From Thermoplasmatota archaeon (GTDB lineage Archaea > Thermoplasmatota > Thermoplasmata > UBA10834), in the NCBI GenBank assembly GCA_040751795.1, contig JBFMHR010000004.1:71884-135883 (forward strand): a DNA stretch of 64,000 nucleotides, written 5' to 3'. A program made the translations under genes and the position numbers. Positions within the stretch are counted from its first letter, which is position 1, and the number at the start of each line of letters is the position of its first letter. The notes beneath the pieces were generated by a model. It did no database searches and was not told the DNA's origin. It saw only the letters and a list, made by a program, of their open reading frames with translations. Positions 7,665 through 17,009 of the stretch are shown here, in pieces.

Positions 7665-9482
7665 TCACCGCTTGTGGTTGCTGCCGTTGCCGGCCTTCTT
7701 GAGGAGGACGACCATCACCGTCCCCTTGGTGTAGTCACCGGCCGCCCGGTTCTCCGCCCAGACGAGCCCGCCGCAGGCCCTCGCGATCCTCCGCACGACG
7801 AACAGGCCCAGGCCGGTCCCGGCGACGCCGGTGTCCCCACGGTAGTACCTCTCGAAGATCTTCTCCTTCTCTCCCTCGGGTATCCCCTTGCCGCGGTCCG
7901 CCACCCGAATCGACCAGTACTCGGTCCCCTTGTGGGTGACGGGCTCGATCGTGACGTCGATGACGACCTCCTCCGCCGGGTCGAACTTGGCCGCGTTGGT
8001 CAGGAGGTTCACGAACATCCTCATCAGGAGGGTGCTCCCCTCGACGTAGCAAGTGGGCCCGGGCTTCTTGACCGATATGCTGATGCGCTTGTCCGGGTAG
8101 AGCCTCCTGGCCTCGTCTATGGCCTCGTCGCACATGCTGCATATGTCCGTGGCGTCGCGGCACTCCCCTTCCCCGAGCGCCTCGGCCCGGGAGAGGTCCC
8201 TTATCACCGACGCCAGCTCGTAGGCCCCGCGGACGTCCTTCGCGACGATCTCGATGGCCTTCCTCTCGTCCTCCGTCAGGCCCCGGGACCCCGGCATCTT
8301 GTCCAGGAAGTGCATCGCGGCCGACATGTAGTTCACTATGTCGTGCGACAGTACGTCGTTGAAGAACTCGCACTCCGTCTTCGCCTCCTCCATCTTGGTC
8401 TTCAGGAGGTTGCGTTCGGTGACGTCCCGCACGAACAAGTGGACGCTCCGCTCGGGGTGCGTCTCGTGCAGCCTGGCCGACACCTCCCCGACGACCTTCC
8501 CGCCCTTCTTCTTGACGAAGTCGAACTCCTGGTTCCTGAGCACGCCCTCCTTGTTCACGAGCCAGACGCACCTCTCCCAGGCGTTGGCCCCGCCCAGGAG
8601 CAGCCTCGAGACGTTGCACGACTCGAGGCGGTCCTCGGGGCCGTACCCGAGCATGGCGAGGGCGGCCTCGTTGAGCGACGAGATGGTCCCGTCCAGGAGG
8701 CAGACTATGATCGGGTCGGGGGAGAGGTTGACCAGGGCCCTGTACGCGTCCTCCGACCTCTGGAGCTCCTCCGCCCTCCTCCTCACCTGCCTCTCGAGGT
8801 CGAGGTTGAGGTTCTGCAGGTCCAGGTTCCTCGTGAGTATCTCGTCGTTCAGGCGGAGGGTGTGCTCGGAGACGGACTCCCTGTCCGCCTCGGTGGCGTG
8901 CCCGAGCCTCTGCAGCACGGCCCTCTTCCCGACGACGAACCTGCACTCGGGGTCCCCGGCCGCCGTGCACGTTCTCTCCATGGCGACTATCTCGCCCAGT
9001 CCGTCACAGTCGACCCCCCCGAAGACATGCTTCCCCGCGCCCGCGAGCAGGCCGCAGATGAACGAGCACGAGGGCCCCTTCTGGATATCGCCGTGGCTGA
9101 GGTACCCCATGGCCTCGAGCGAGTCGGGGCAGGTCACCTCCATCGACGACCCCTCGGCATCGAAGGCGACGACCTTGAATGTGGCCAGCCCGTCGCGGGC
9201 GAAGGCGTCGACGAGGAGGTCCATCAGGGCGCGCGGGTCGGATGCGTCCGCGTCGGAGAACTCCCGGTGCATGTAGCAGTGGAACATCTCGGCGCCGGCC
9301 CTGTACGTGAGGTCCTTCTCGAACCGTCCGACGTCGCTCCTGAGGGTCCTCTTCAGCGCGCACAGCGTATGGGCTGTGTTGGCAAGGACCCTGTCTGAGA
9401 CTGTCTTCCCCTGTCCGGATTCGGGGCCCGGCTCGGCCTGCCCCGACTCGCGGCCGCTGTCCCGTCCGCTCAGTTGACCCAC
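7665..9482 (-). CDS. Sensor histidine kinase: N-terminal V4R-like sensor domain, PAS domain, HisKA and HATPase_c
   Basis: C-terminal motifs LSHDIVNYM (H-box), NLLTNAAKF (N-box), DRGKGIP (G1) and GTGLGL (G2); N-terminal Cys-containing V4R-like region; no response regulator adjacent. Confidence 0.8.
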   Translation of the reverse strand: MGQLSGRDSGRESGQAEPGPESGQGKTVSDRVLANTAHTLCALKRTLRSDVGRFEKDLTYRAGAEMFHCYMHREFSDADASDPRALMDLLVDAFARDGLATFKVVAFDAEGSSMEVTCPDSLEAMGYLSHGDIQKGPSCSFICGLLAGAGKHVFGGVDCDGLGEIVAMERTCTAAGDPECRFVVGKRAVLQRLGHATEADRESVSEHTLRLNDEILTRNLDLQNLNLDLERQVRRRAEELQRSEDAYRALVNLSPDPIIVCLLDGTISSLNEAALAMLGYGPEDRLESCNVSRLLLGGANAWERCVWLVNKEGVLRNQEFDFVKKKGGKVVGEVSARLHETHPERSVHLFVRDVTERNLLKTKMEEAKTECEFFNDVLSHDIVNYMSAAMHFLDKMPGSRGLTEDERKAIEIVAKDVRGAYELASVIRDLSRAEALGEGECRDATDICSMCDEAIDEARRLYPDKRISISVKKPGPTCYVEGSTLLMRMFVNLLTNAAKFDPAEEVVIDVTIEPVTHKGTEYWSIRVADRGKGIPEGEKEKIFERYYRGDTGVAGTGLGLFVVRRIARACGGLVWAENRAAGDYTKGTVMVVLLKKAGNGSNHKR

Positions 9483-9624
9483 CTTAGGAAGAGTGCCCTG
9501 CCCCGTCCACAGGGGCCCGGGTGCGCCCTCGTTGGTAGTGTGTCAGCGATAGCTAGGTTAAATATCTTCGCCGCTACGGGCGCCAAGTGCGCCGGGGAGG
9601 GGGGATAGCTTCATAAACTCCCGC

Positions 9625-10524
9625 TCACGCCCGACGGATCACCGGGACGGCGACCCTCAGGGCCCGGACCGTCTCAGCGACGTCGTGCACCCTCACGACG
9701 TCCGCGCCGTTCCGCACCGCGAGGACCGCCGCGGCGAGGGACCCCTCGAGCCTCTCCCCCGGGGGGAGCCCCGTGAGCTTGCCGATGAACGCCTTCCTCG
9801 ACACCCCGATGACGACCGGCTTCCCGAGGGACCTCAGCTCCCCGAGCCTCGCGATGATCTCCAGGTTGTGGTCGAGCGTCTTGCCGAAGCCGATCCCGGG
9901 GTCCACCATGATCCTGTCGGGCCGTATGCCCGCGTCCTCGGCCGCGCCAACGCGCTCCTGGAGGAACGACCGGACCTCGGAGACGACGTCCTTGTACCTC
10001 GGGCTGGCCTGCATGGTCCTGGGTTCGCCCTTCATGTGCATGACTATGACGGTCGCGTCGTGCTCGGCGACGACCTCGGCCATCCTCGGGTCCCTCAGGC
10101 CGGTGACGTCGTTCACGATGGACGCGCCGGCGAAGAGGGCCCTCTCCGCCACCTCGGGCTTGTAGGTGTCGATGGAGACGCGCCCTGGCCTCCCCGCGCT
10201 GAGCGCCTCGACCACGCCGACCGTCCTCGAGAGCTCGACCTCGACGGGCACCGGCTCGGCCCCGGGCCTGGTGGACTCGCCGCCCACGTCCACGATGTCG
10301 GCGCCCGCGGAGAACATGTCCAGCCCCCTCGATATGGCGCCCTCGGCGTCGCCGGCTATGCCGTCCCCGGAGAACGAGTCCGGGGTGATGTTGACGATGC
10401 CCATGACCCGCGGCACGTCGAACCTGAGCCTGCAGGTCCCGACCATCACGGAGGAAGGCCCGGGACGTCCCTTCGCGCGCTTCGAGGTCGCCATCGTCCC
10501 CATCTCACTGGATGAGGAGGTCAT
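9625..10524 (-). CDS. folP: Dihydropteroate synthase
   Basis: MGIVNITPDSFSGDG... and GADIVDVGGESTRPGA motifs; true start may be at an internal Met around 10494–10503, which would abut rather than overlap the upstream gene. Confidence 0.8.
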   Translation of the reverse strand: MTSSSSEMGTMATSKRAKGRPGPSSVMVGTCRLRFDVPRVMGIVNITPDSFSGDGIAGDAEGAISRGLDMFSAGADIVDVGGESTRPGAEPVPVEVELSRTVGVVEALSAGRPGRVSIDTYKPEVAERALFAGASIVNDVTGLRDPRMAEVVAEHDATVIVMHMKGEPRTMQASPRYKDVVSEVRSFLQERVGAAEDAGIRPDRIMVDPGIGFGKTLDHNLEIIARLGELRSLGKPVVIGVSRKAFIGKLTGLPPGERLEGSLAAAVLAVRNGADVVRVHDVAETVRALRVAVPVIRRA

Positions 10525-11617
10525 CGACGACCTCGGCTATGTCCCTTATCCCTATGTCCAGCCTGACCACCTCGTTGCCGTACCGCAGGTTGGTCACGCA
10601 GAATGGGCACGCGGTCACGAGGATGTCGGCGACCTCGGACGCCGCCTTCACCCTCCTCGAGGCGATCCTCTGGGCCGCCCCGGGGTCCGCCGAGCGCACG
10701 CCGCCACCGCCGCCGCAGCACCTCGCCGAGTCCTTGCTCTCCTTCATCTCGACGTAGGTCGCCTCCGGGATCATCCTGAGGACCCCCCTGGGGGCGTCGT
10801 AGATCTTCAGGTGCCGGCCGATGTGGCACGGGTCGTGGTAGGTGATCCTCTTCTTCAACGGCCTCAGCTTCAGGTCCCTCTTGGCGAGGAACTCGACCAG
10901 GTGCTCGGTCTCGAATGGGACCTCGATGTGCTTAGGGTACTCCTCCCTGAACATCTTGAGGCAGCCAGCGCACGTGAAGATGAGCTTCTTGACGCCGAGC
11001 CTCTTCGCCGCCTCGACGTTCGCGGCCATGAGCTTCTTCACGAGCTTCTCGTCCTGGCCGGTCCTCATCAGGGTGCTGCCGCAGCAGACCTCGTCGACGA
11101 GGGTGAAGTCCACGCCGAGCTTCCTGAGTATGGATATGGTGTGCCTGGCGACCTCGGGCATCCTGTAGCGGGCGGTGCACCCGACGAAGTACCCCACCTC
11201 GGCCCTCTTGACCTCCGCACCGAGGTCCACCTCCGCCTCCTCGCCGTAGGGGTTCTTGGTCTTCCTGATGTTCTTGACGATCCTCTTGTGCGCGGGCAGG
11301 GCGCGCCCGGCCTCGACCAGGTCCGCCCTGGCCGCCTCGACGATGTTGACGACCTGGATGTTGGAGGGGCACCTCCTCTCGCAGTCCTTGCAGGTGGTGC
11401 ACTGGTAGAGTCTCTCTACCACGGAGTCGTCGGCGGGTATCTCCCCTCTGCTCAGCCCGTAGGCGAGGATGACCTTCCCCCTCGCGACGGACGGGTCCCA
11501 CTGGTTGTCCTCGAAGTACGGGCATACGCTCTTGCAGAAGCCGCAGAGGGTGCATGTGAGCATCTCCTTCTCGAGCTTCTTGGTCCGTTCGGCCTTGATG
11601 ACCTTCCTTCGAGCCAT
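10505..11617 (-). CDS. Fe-S oxidoreductase, GlcF/GlpC/HdrD-like (2×[4Fe-4S] ferredoxin motifs plus two CCG domains)
   Basis: CTLCGFCKSVCP and CTTCKDCERRCP cluster motifs, then cysteine-rich CCG domains (VGCTARY, HDPCHIGRH...CCGGGGG). Confidence 0.75.
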   Translation of the reverse strand: MARRKVIKAERTKKLEKEMLTCTLCGFCKSVCPYFEDNQWDPSVARGKVILAYGLSRGEIPADDSVVERLYQCTTCKDCERRCPSNIQVVNIVEAARADLVEAGRALPAHKRIVKNIRKTKNPYGEEAEVDLGAEVKRAEVGYFVGCTARYRMPEVARHTISILRKLGVDFTLVDEVCCGSTLMRTGQDEKLVKKLMAANVEAAKRLGVKKLIFTCAGCLKMFREEYPKHIEVPFETEHLVEFLAKRDLKLRPLKKRITYHDPCHIGRHLKIYDAPRGVLRMIPEATYVEMKESKDSARCCGGGGGVRSADPGAAQRIASRRVKAASEVADILVTACPFCVTNLRYGNEVVRLDIGIRDIAEVVDDLLIQ

Positions 11618-11655
11618 GGGAACCGCCGGGTGCGCCGTTCAGTGATGCGCTGTGC

Positions 11656-12897
11656 TCACTGGACCTTCGGCACAGTAATCACAGCGTCCATAATAAAAGT
11701 CACCTTGGACTTGGGCCCCAGGTCGGCGAGCGCCCTGTCCACCGCCTCCTGGAGGCTCCCCACCGGCTCCATGTGCGCCTTCCTCGCGACCTCGGGGTCC
11801 AGCTTCGTGACGGCCATCATCCTGCACTTCAGGCCGATCTCTGCCATCTTGGCGGCCTTGTGGTACCCCAGCTTGTAGGTGTGGGAGATCTTCTCGAGCG
11901 CGTCCTTGGGGGTGTTGGCGCTCGCGAGGAGGTTGAGGAACGTCTCGGGGCCGACCCCGGTCCTGCACGCGCTCACGAGGATGATGATGCCGCCGTCCCG
12001 GACGGCGTACTTCGCGTTGTCCAGGGCCTTCTGCGACTGGTAGAGGTCTATGTCGTACGGGAACGCGGTCACCGCGACCACGACGTCCGCCTTCCGCTTG
12101 AGCTTCATGACGAAGACCTCGTCGGCCTTCTTCACCGCCGACCTCCACGACCTCGTCAGGTTGCCGGCCGCCGCATGGCATATGCGGTGGTGCTTGTCCA
12201 ACACGACCATCACCGAGAATATGCGCTTGTCCCTGAGGGCCTTGGCCATGTCCTCCATGTCCTCGCTGACCGGGTTCCCCTTGAGCCTCAGGGCCTGCGC
12301 CTCCAGCCTCAGGGCGAGCTTGTGGTTCTGCTCGATCGTCTCGTAGGCCGAGACGCCCGGCAGGAAGGACTTCCTGCCGCCGGTGTAGCCGGCGAAGTAG
12401 TGCGGCTCGACGCTGCTGATCACGATGATCCGGTCCGCGTCCATGACCTTCCTGTTCACGAGGAGCCTCGTCCCGTTCCTCGAGGTCCCGATGAACGTGG
12501 TCTCGCTGGTCTTCGAGTCGTGGACGGTCACCCGGTCCTTCACCCTCTCGTAGACCGGGCCGAATATGAACCGGTACTCCTCCTCGGTCGGGGCGCGGTG
12601 CATCCCGGTGGCTATGATGTAGCTGACGTCCTTGCCCTCGAGGACGGGCATCATCTGCTCCAGGACCCTCCCCGTCGGCGTGGGCCTCGTGCCGTCGTTG
12701 ACCACAACGAGGACGTTCTTGGCCCGGCGGACGAACTCCTCCAGGGTCGACGGCCCAAGCGGGCTCCTGAACGCGCTCGTGAGGGTCTCACCCTCGTCCA
12801 GGGGGGGCAGGTCCTTCGGGTGCACGACCTCCCCGACATTCACGTCGGGAAGCTCGACCGCCTCCCTCCCATCCCCGTACTGGACCTCTATGCGCAT
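11656..12897 (-). CDS. LarA-like protein (nickel-pincer lactate racemase superfamily, DUF2088 N-terminal domain)
   Basis: 413 aa; N-terminal LarA-type domain and overall architecture; 38-bp gap to the Fe-S gene on the same strand. Confidence 0.7.
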   Translation of the reverse strand: MRIEVQYGDGREAVELPDVNVGEVVHPKDLPPLDEGETLTSAFRSPLGPSTLEEFVRRAKNVLVVVNDGTRPTPTGRVLEQMMPVLEGKDVSYIIATGMHRAPTEEEYRFIFGPVYERVKDRVTVHDSKTSETTFIGTSRNGTRLLVNRKVMDADRIIVISSVEPHYFAGYTGGRKSFLPGVSAYETIEQNHKLALRLEAQALRLKGNPVSEDMEDMAKALRDKRIFSVMVVLDKHHRICHAAAGNLTRSWRSAVKKADEVFVMKLKRKADVVVAVTAFPYDIDLYQSQKALDNAKYAVRDGGIIILVSACRTGVGPETFLNLLASANTPKDALEKISHTYKLGYHKAAKMAEIGLKCRMMAVTKLDPEVARKAHMEPVGSLQEAVDRALADLGPKSKVTFIMDAVITVPKVQ

Positions 12898-13021
12898 GCG
12901 GAATACCGGGCTGGAATAGGGGTTGGTCTATTAGTAGGTTGCCAAGGTGTGTCACGGCTTCGCAGGCCCCCCTCCAGGCCCCTTCAAAGGGTTAATTAGG
13001 TCGTATGAATCTCTAGCGCCC

Positions 13022-13999
13022 GTGAAGACCGTAGGTACTCTCGGCGAGCGGGGCGTCATACGCGTGATAGACGGCATCGTCAAGAGCGACGCCTCCGTCG
13101 GGATCGGCGACGACTGCGCGGCGATAGACCTCGGCGACAAGTACCTCCTCGTCACGACGGACATGATGGTCACCAAGACCCACATCCCCAAGGGGATGGG
13201 CCCCTACGACGTGGGGTGGGCGCTCGTCGCGGTCAACCTCAGCGACATAGCCGCCATGGGCGGGAAGCCGCTGGGGGTCGTCACGGCCATCGGCATCACC
13301 AAGGGCCACCCGATCGAGTTCCTCGAGCAGATGGTCGACGGCATGAACGACTGCGCCCTCAGGTTCGGGACATCCATCATCGGCGGCGACACCAAGGAGC
13401 ACGAGGACCTGATCCTCTGCGGGACCGCCGTGGGCGAGGTCTCCAAGTCGGGGATCCTGCTGAGGAAGGGCGCGAGGGCGGGCGACCTGATAGCGGTGAC
13501 GGGCGCGCTGGGCAAGGCCGGCTCGGGCTTCCTCTCGCTCAAGCGGGGCCTGAACCTGAAGGACGCCGAGGACAGGCTCAAGCGGCCGTTCCCGAGGGTC
13601 AAGGAGGGCATGGCCCTTTCGGCGTGCGGCTTCGTCACCTCCTGCATGGACATATCGGACGGCCTGTCCAGCTCCATATTCGAGTTCTCGAGGAACTCCG
13701 GCATGACGCACGAGATCGACTACGCCAAGGTGCCGAAGGCCCCCGAGGTGGACATGGTCTTCCACGACCTCGAGAGGCAGAAGGACCTGGTGCTGAACTT
13801 TGGGGACGACTTCGAGCTCCTCTTCACCGTGAAGCGGGAACACGAGCAGGACCTGCCGGCGCTCGCCGAGGGCATGGGATGCCCCATATCAGTGATAGGG
13901 AAGGTCACCAGCGGCGAGGAGAACATCCTGGTCGACAACGGCAAGCGGGAGAAGCTGGAGAACCTTGGCTATGAGCACTTCAGGGCTAGGAAGTACTGA
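13022..13999 (+). CDS. thiL: Thiamine-monophosphate kinase (AIR-synthase-related family)
   Basis: LGERGVIRVIDGI...VGIGDDCAAID...GGDT motifs of the ThiL/PurM family; GTG start at 13022 preferred, because the upstream part of the listed ORF has low GC3. Confidence 0.65.
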   Translation: MKTVGTLGERGVIRVIDGIVKSDASVGIGDDCAAIDLGDKYLLVTTDMMVTKTHIPKGMGPYDVGWALVAVNLSDIAAMGGKPLGVVTAIGITKGHPIEFLEQMVDGMNDCALRFGTSIIGGDTKEHEDLILCGTAVGEVSKSGILLRKGARAGDLIAVTGALGKAGSGFLSLKRGLNLKDAEDRLKRPFPRVKEGMALSACGFVTSCMDISDGLSSSIFEFSRNSGMTHEIDYAKVPKAPEVDMVFHDLERQKDLVLNFGDDFELLFTVKREHEQDLPALAEGMGCPISVIGKVTSGEENILVDNGKREKLENLGYEHFRARKY

Positions 14000-14993
14000 G
14001 GCGCGGTTCTACACGCCCGAGGGCGGGAAGGTGAGGTGCGCGCTGTGCCCCCACTCGTGCCTGATCCCCGAGGGCAGGCGCGGGATATGCGGGGTGCGCG
14101 AGAACAGGGAGGGGAAGCTGTACTCCCTCATCTACGGCCTCGCCTCGTCCGTGCACCCGGACCCGATCGAGAAGAAGCCGCTCTTCCACTTCATGCCGGG
14201 GACGACCTCGATCTCCTTCGGCAGCGTCGGCTGCAACCTCTCGTGCCTGCACTGCCAGAACTCATCGATCTCCAGGGCTGGGCCGGACGCGCATGGCCTC
14301 ACCCCGATTACCCCCGCGGACGTCGTCGAGTACGCGCGCTTCTCGAACGCTAGGTCGGTGTCATGGACGTACAACGAGCCCTCCATTTGGCACGAGTTCA
14401 CGACGGTCGCGTCGAAGGCGGCCCACGACGCCGGGCTGAAAACGGTCTACGTCACCAACGGCTTCATCCAGGAGGAGCCGCTGAGGGAGCTGAAGGGCGT
14501 CATCGACGCGATGAACATAGACGTGAAGGCGTTCAGGGAGGAGTTCTACAAGCGCGTTTGCGGGGGGCGCCTCGCCCCGGTCCTGAGGGCCTGCGAGCTC
14601 GCGAAGGGGCTCGGGATGCACGTCGAGCTGACATACCTCATCATCCCGGGCCACAACGACGGGGAGGACGAGATCAGGGAGTTCTCCGAGTGGGTCGCGG
14701 GCTCCATGGGCGCAGGCGTGCCCGTGCACTTCTCCGCGTTCCACCCAGACTACAAGCTGACATCGGTCCCGGCTACGCCTGTGAGCACCCTGCTGAAGGC
14801 GTACGGTGTGGCGAGGACGGCGGGGCTCGACTTCGTCTACATCGGGAACGTGCCGGTGGGGGACAAGGACGACACTGTCTGTCCCAAGTGCAGGTCGCTA
14901 GCCGTCGAACGCGACGGGTTCTACGTCAAGTACAATGGCCTGAAGGAAGGGAAGTGCGGCAGGTGCGGCGCGGACCTCGGCTTCGTGGTGTGA
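13965..14993 (+). CDS. AmmeMemoRadiSam-system radical SAM enzyme (AmrS)
   Basis: N-terminal CALCPHSC followed by DPIEKKPLFHF and CNLSCLHCQN (Cx3Cx2C radical SAM core), characteristic of this family. Confidence 0.8.
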   Translation: MAMSTSGLGSTEARFYTPEGGKVRCALCPHSCLIPEGRRGICGVRENREGKLYSLIYGLASSVHPDPIEKKPLFHFMPGTTSISFGSVGCNLSCLHCQNSSISRAGPDAHGLTPITPADVVEYARFSNARSVSWTYNEPSIWHEFTTVASKAAHDAGLKTVYVTNGFIQEEPLRELKGVIDAMNIDVKAFREEFYKRVCGGRLAPVLRACELAKGLGMHVELTYLIIPGHNDGEDEIREFSEWVAGSMGAGVPVHFSAFHPDYKLTSVPATPVSTLLKAYGVARTAGLDFVYIGNVPVGDKDDTVCPKCRSLAVERDGFYVKYNGLKEGKCGRCGADLGFVV

Positions 14994-15008
14994 GCCCCGG
15001 GGACCGCC

Positions 15009-15902
15009 TCAGAGCCCCATGACCAGGACGAGGAAGTTGCCGACCACCGCGGCGAAGGCCATGGCGATGGTCATCGGCACGATGAACGGTATCTTTGGGG
15101 TCACCCAGAGCCGCGTGTGGCCCACGGAGACGAGCCTGTCCACCTCCGCTCCGAGGTCCTCGTCCCTCCGGGGCCTCGTGTACCTCCGGTGGACCCCGTC
15201 CTCGACCCTCTCCATCAGCCACACCTTCCGGGCCTTGACGTCCTGGGCGTCCAGCCTGTACCCGAGTAGCGCGTAGGGCACCTCGAACTCGCCCGCGGCG
15301 AGGTTCCTGGCCGCGAACGCCACAGGGGTGAACGCGACGATGACCGCTGCGGTGACGAGCACGACGAAGGAGAACGGGAACACTATCTCCGCGTAGGTGC
15401 CCTCCGCCGCGATGAGCGGGACGGGCCCGAGGTAAGGGTAGAACGGGAACATGACCGAGAGGGCCATGAGGGCCTTCGCGTCCGCGCCCCCCCTGATCAT
15501 GTCGAGCATGTACATGACCACGATGGCCATCATCATGACCGGAGCGGTCAGGAGGTGGGCGAAGTAGGTGTCGTCGGCCCACATGTACCCCAGGATGACG
15601 GTGGCCACGATGGCGGCCGCGTATGATGCGACGGGCAGCGCCCTCGCCCACCCGCCGGACTCCCCCGAGGGCCCGTAGACGTCCGCCAGGACCGCCAGCA
15701 CGGGGACCAGGACGAGCAGGTACTCCAGCGGGGCCTCGTCGACGGCCACGCGGGCGGCCAGCAGGGCCATGGCCAGGGCGGACAGCACCATCCAGATGCC
15801 GTTGCCGACCTTCCTGGTCCTCCAGTCGAGGCCGGAGGCGTAGGAGAGGATGGCTAGGGTTACAGCGAGCTGAACCGCCGTCACGGCGTCCTGTGCATCC
15901 AC
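15009..15902 (-). CDS. Archaeal type IV prepilin/preflagellin peptidase (A24 family, PibD/FlaK-like)
   Basis: Polytopic membrane protein with catalytic-Asp motifs GLDWRTRKV and GGADAKAL. Confidence 0.7.
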   Translation of the reverse strand: MDAQDAVTAVQLAVTLAILSYASGLDWRTRKVGNGIWMVLSALAMALLAARVAVDEAPLEYLLVLVPVLAVLADVYGPSGESGGWARALPVASYAAAIVATVILGYMWADDTYFAHLLTAPVMMMAIVVMYMLDMIRGGADAKALMALSVMFPFYPYLGPVPLIAAEGTYAEIVFPFSFVVLVTAAVIVAFTPVAFAARNLAAGEFEVPYALLGYRLDAQDVKARKVWLMERVEDGVHRRYTRPRRDEDLGAEVDRLVSVGHTRLWVTPKIPFIVPMTIAMAFAAVVGNFLVLVMGL

Positions 15903-15949
15903 GCGACTGGATTAGGATGACCGTACTTAATGCATTCGCGGACGGGCCG

Positions 15950-16954
15950 TCAGTCCGCTGGCTCCAGCCCGAGGCCGTCGGCGATCCGGACGGCCTCCTC
16001 GTACTCCGAGGTCCTCAGCCTCCGCGATATCTCAGGGAACTCCCGGGCCCGGTGCTCCGGCCTGTACTGGGCCATCACGTTGACCTTGACGTCCACGAGG
16101 TTCGACGCTATCCACTCCAGCGCAGGCCTCGTGCAGCACTCGACATGCCCAGGCAGGACGAGGTGCCTGATGATCATCTCCGCGTGGGCCCTCGCCTTCA
16201 GGTGGTTCCTGGTGACGACCCGCATGTACTCCGGCACGCCGGAGAGCCTCATCGCGCAGGCGTCGTTGCCGTACTTGAAGTCGGTCAGGTAGACGTCCAC
16301 GACCGGGTCGAGCAGCTCCATGGCCTCCTCCGAGAGGTACATGTTGGAGTTCCAGACCTGCGCGATGTCCGCATCGCACCCCTGGAGGGTCCGGAGTATG
16401 TACGGCAGGTTCGAGGTCGGGTCCCCGCCCACCCAGTTCACGTTCCTGGCAGCGGCCGTGCGCAGCCCCCGGGCGCGGCCGGCCCTCCCCTCGATCATCC
16501 GGGCCAGCTCGTCGGGGGGGATGCGGATACCTGAGCGCGGGCGCGTGCTGATCTCCCAGTTCTGGCAGTAGACGCAGTCGAAGGTGCAGCCTGCGAAGAA
16601 CACGGTGTACGATGGCACCAGGTCCGGTTCCTCGCCCATGTGGATGAACTCGCTCGTAACCCTCGCGTCCAGGACCTCGCAGTGTCCGGCCTGTCCCTCG
16701 CCCCTCCTCGCGCGGCACCTCCTCTCGCAGAGGACGCACTCGGACTGCAGCCTCTCCGCGAGTTCGGCCTTGAGGCTCAGCAGGTCGGCGCCGTCGCCGT
16801 CACCTCCGCGCAACGCCCTCCGATGTGCGGCCCAGAGCTCGTCCGTGCTGGCAGAGAGGTCGGCGTCCGTGCGCCGTTCCCTGCAGGCGAGGTACCTGGC
16901 CCTCTCCTCGCCGGCAAGGACCCTGTAGTATCTCTCGAGAGCCCGCGAGCCCAT
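15950..16954 (-). CDS. Radical SAM protein, PflX-like (pyruvate formate-lyase activating enzyme homologue)
   Basis: CTFDCVYCQNWEIS Cx3Cx2C motif; internal Met at 16954 chosen as start because the upstream extension has low GC3 and contains a TATA-like element. Confidence 0.7.
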   Translation of the reverse strand: MGSRALERYYRVLAGEERARYLACRERRTDADLSASTDELWAAHRRALRGGDGDGADLLSLKAELAERLQSECVLCERRCRARRGEGQAGHCEVLDARVTSEFIHMGEEPDLVPSYTVFFAGCTFDCVYCQNWEISTRPRSGIRIPPDELARMIEGRAGRARGLRTAAARNVNWVGGDPTSNLPYILRTLQGCDADIAQVWNSNMYLSEEAMELLDPVVDVYLTDFKYGNDACAMRLSGVPEYMRVVTRNHLKARAHAEMIIRHLVLPGHVECCTRPALEWIASNLVDVKVNVMAQYRPEHRAREFPEISRRLRTSEYEEAVRIADGLGLEPAD

Positions 16955-17009
16955 GCCAGTACAGTTGACGGAATAGGGATTTAATACTTCCAGGCCCGTG
17001 CGAAGGGCG

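Noticed and set aside
5806-9398. Very long antisense or off-frame ORFs (5806..7401, 7674..9398, 7735..8970) overlapping the MFS transporter and histidine kinase genes
   Set aside because: Arg/Gly/Pro-rich, low-complexity translations typical of alternative frames in high-GC DNA. The opposite-frame genes have clear family signatures. The same reasoning applies to other long shadow ORFs such as 19140..20936, 44702..46372 and 24899..25765.
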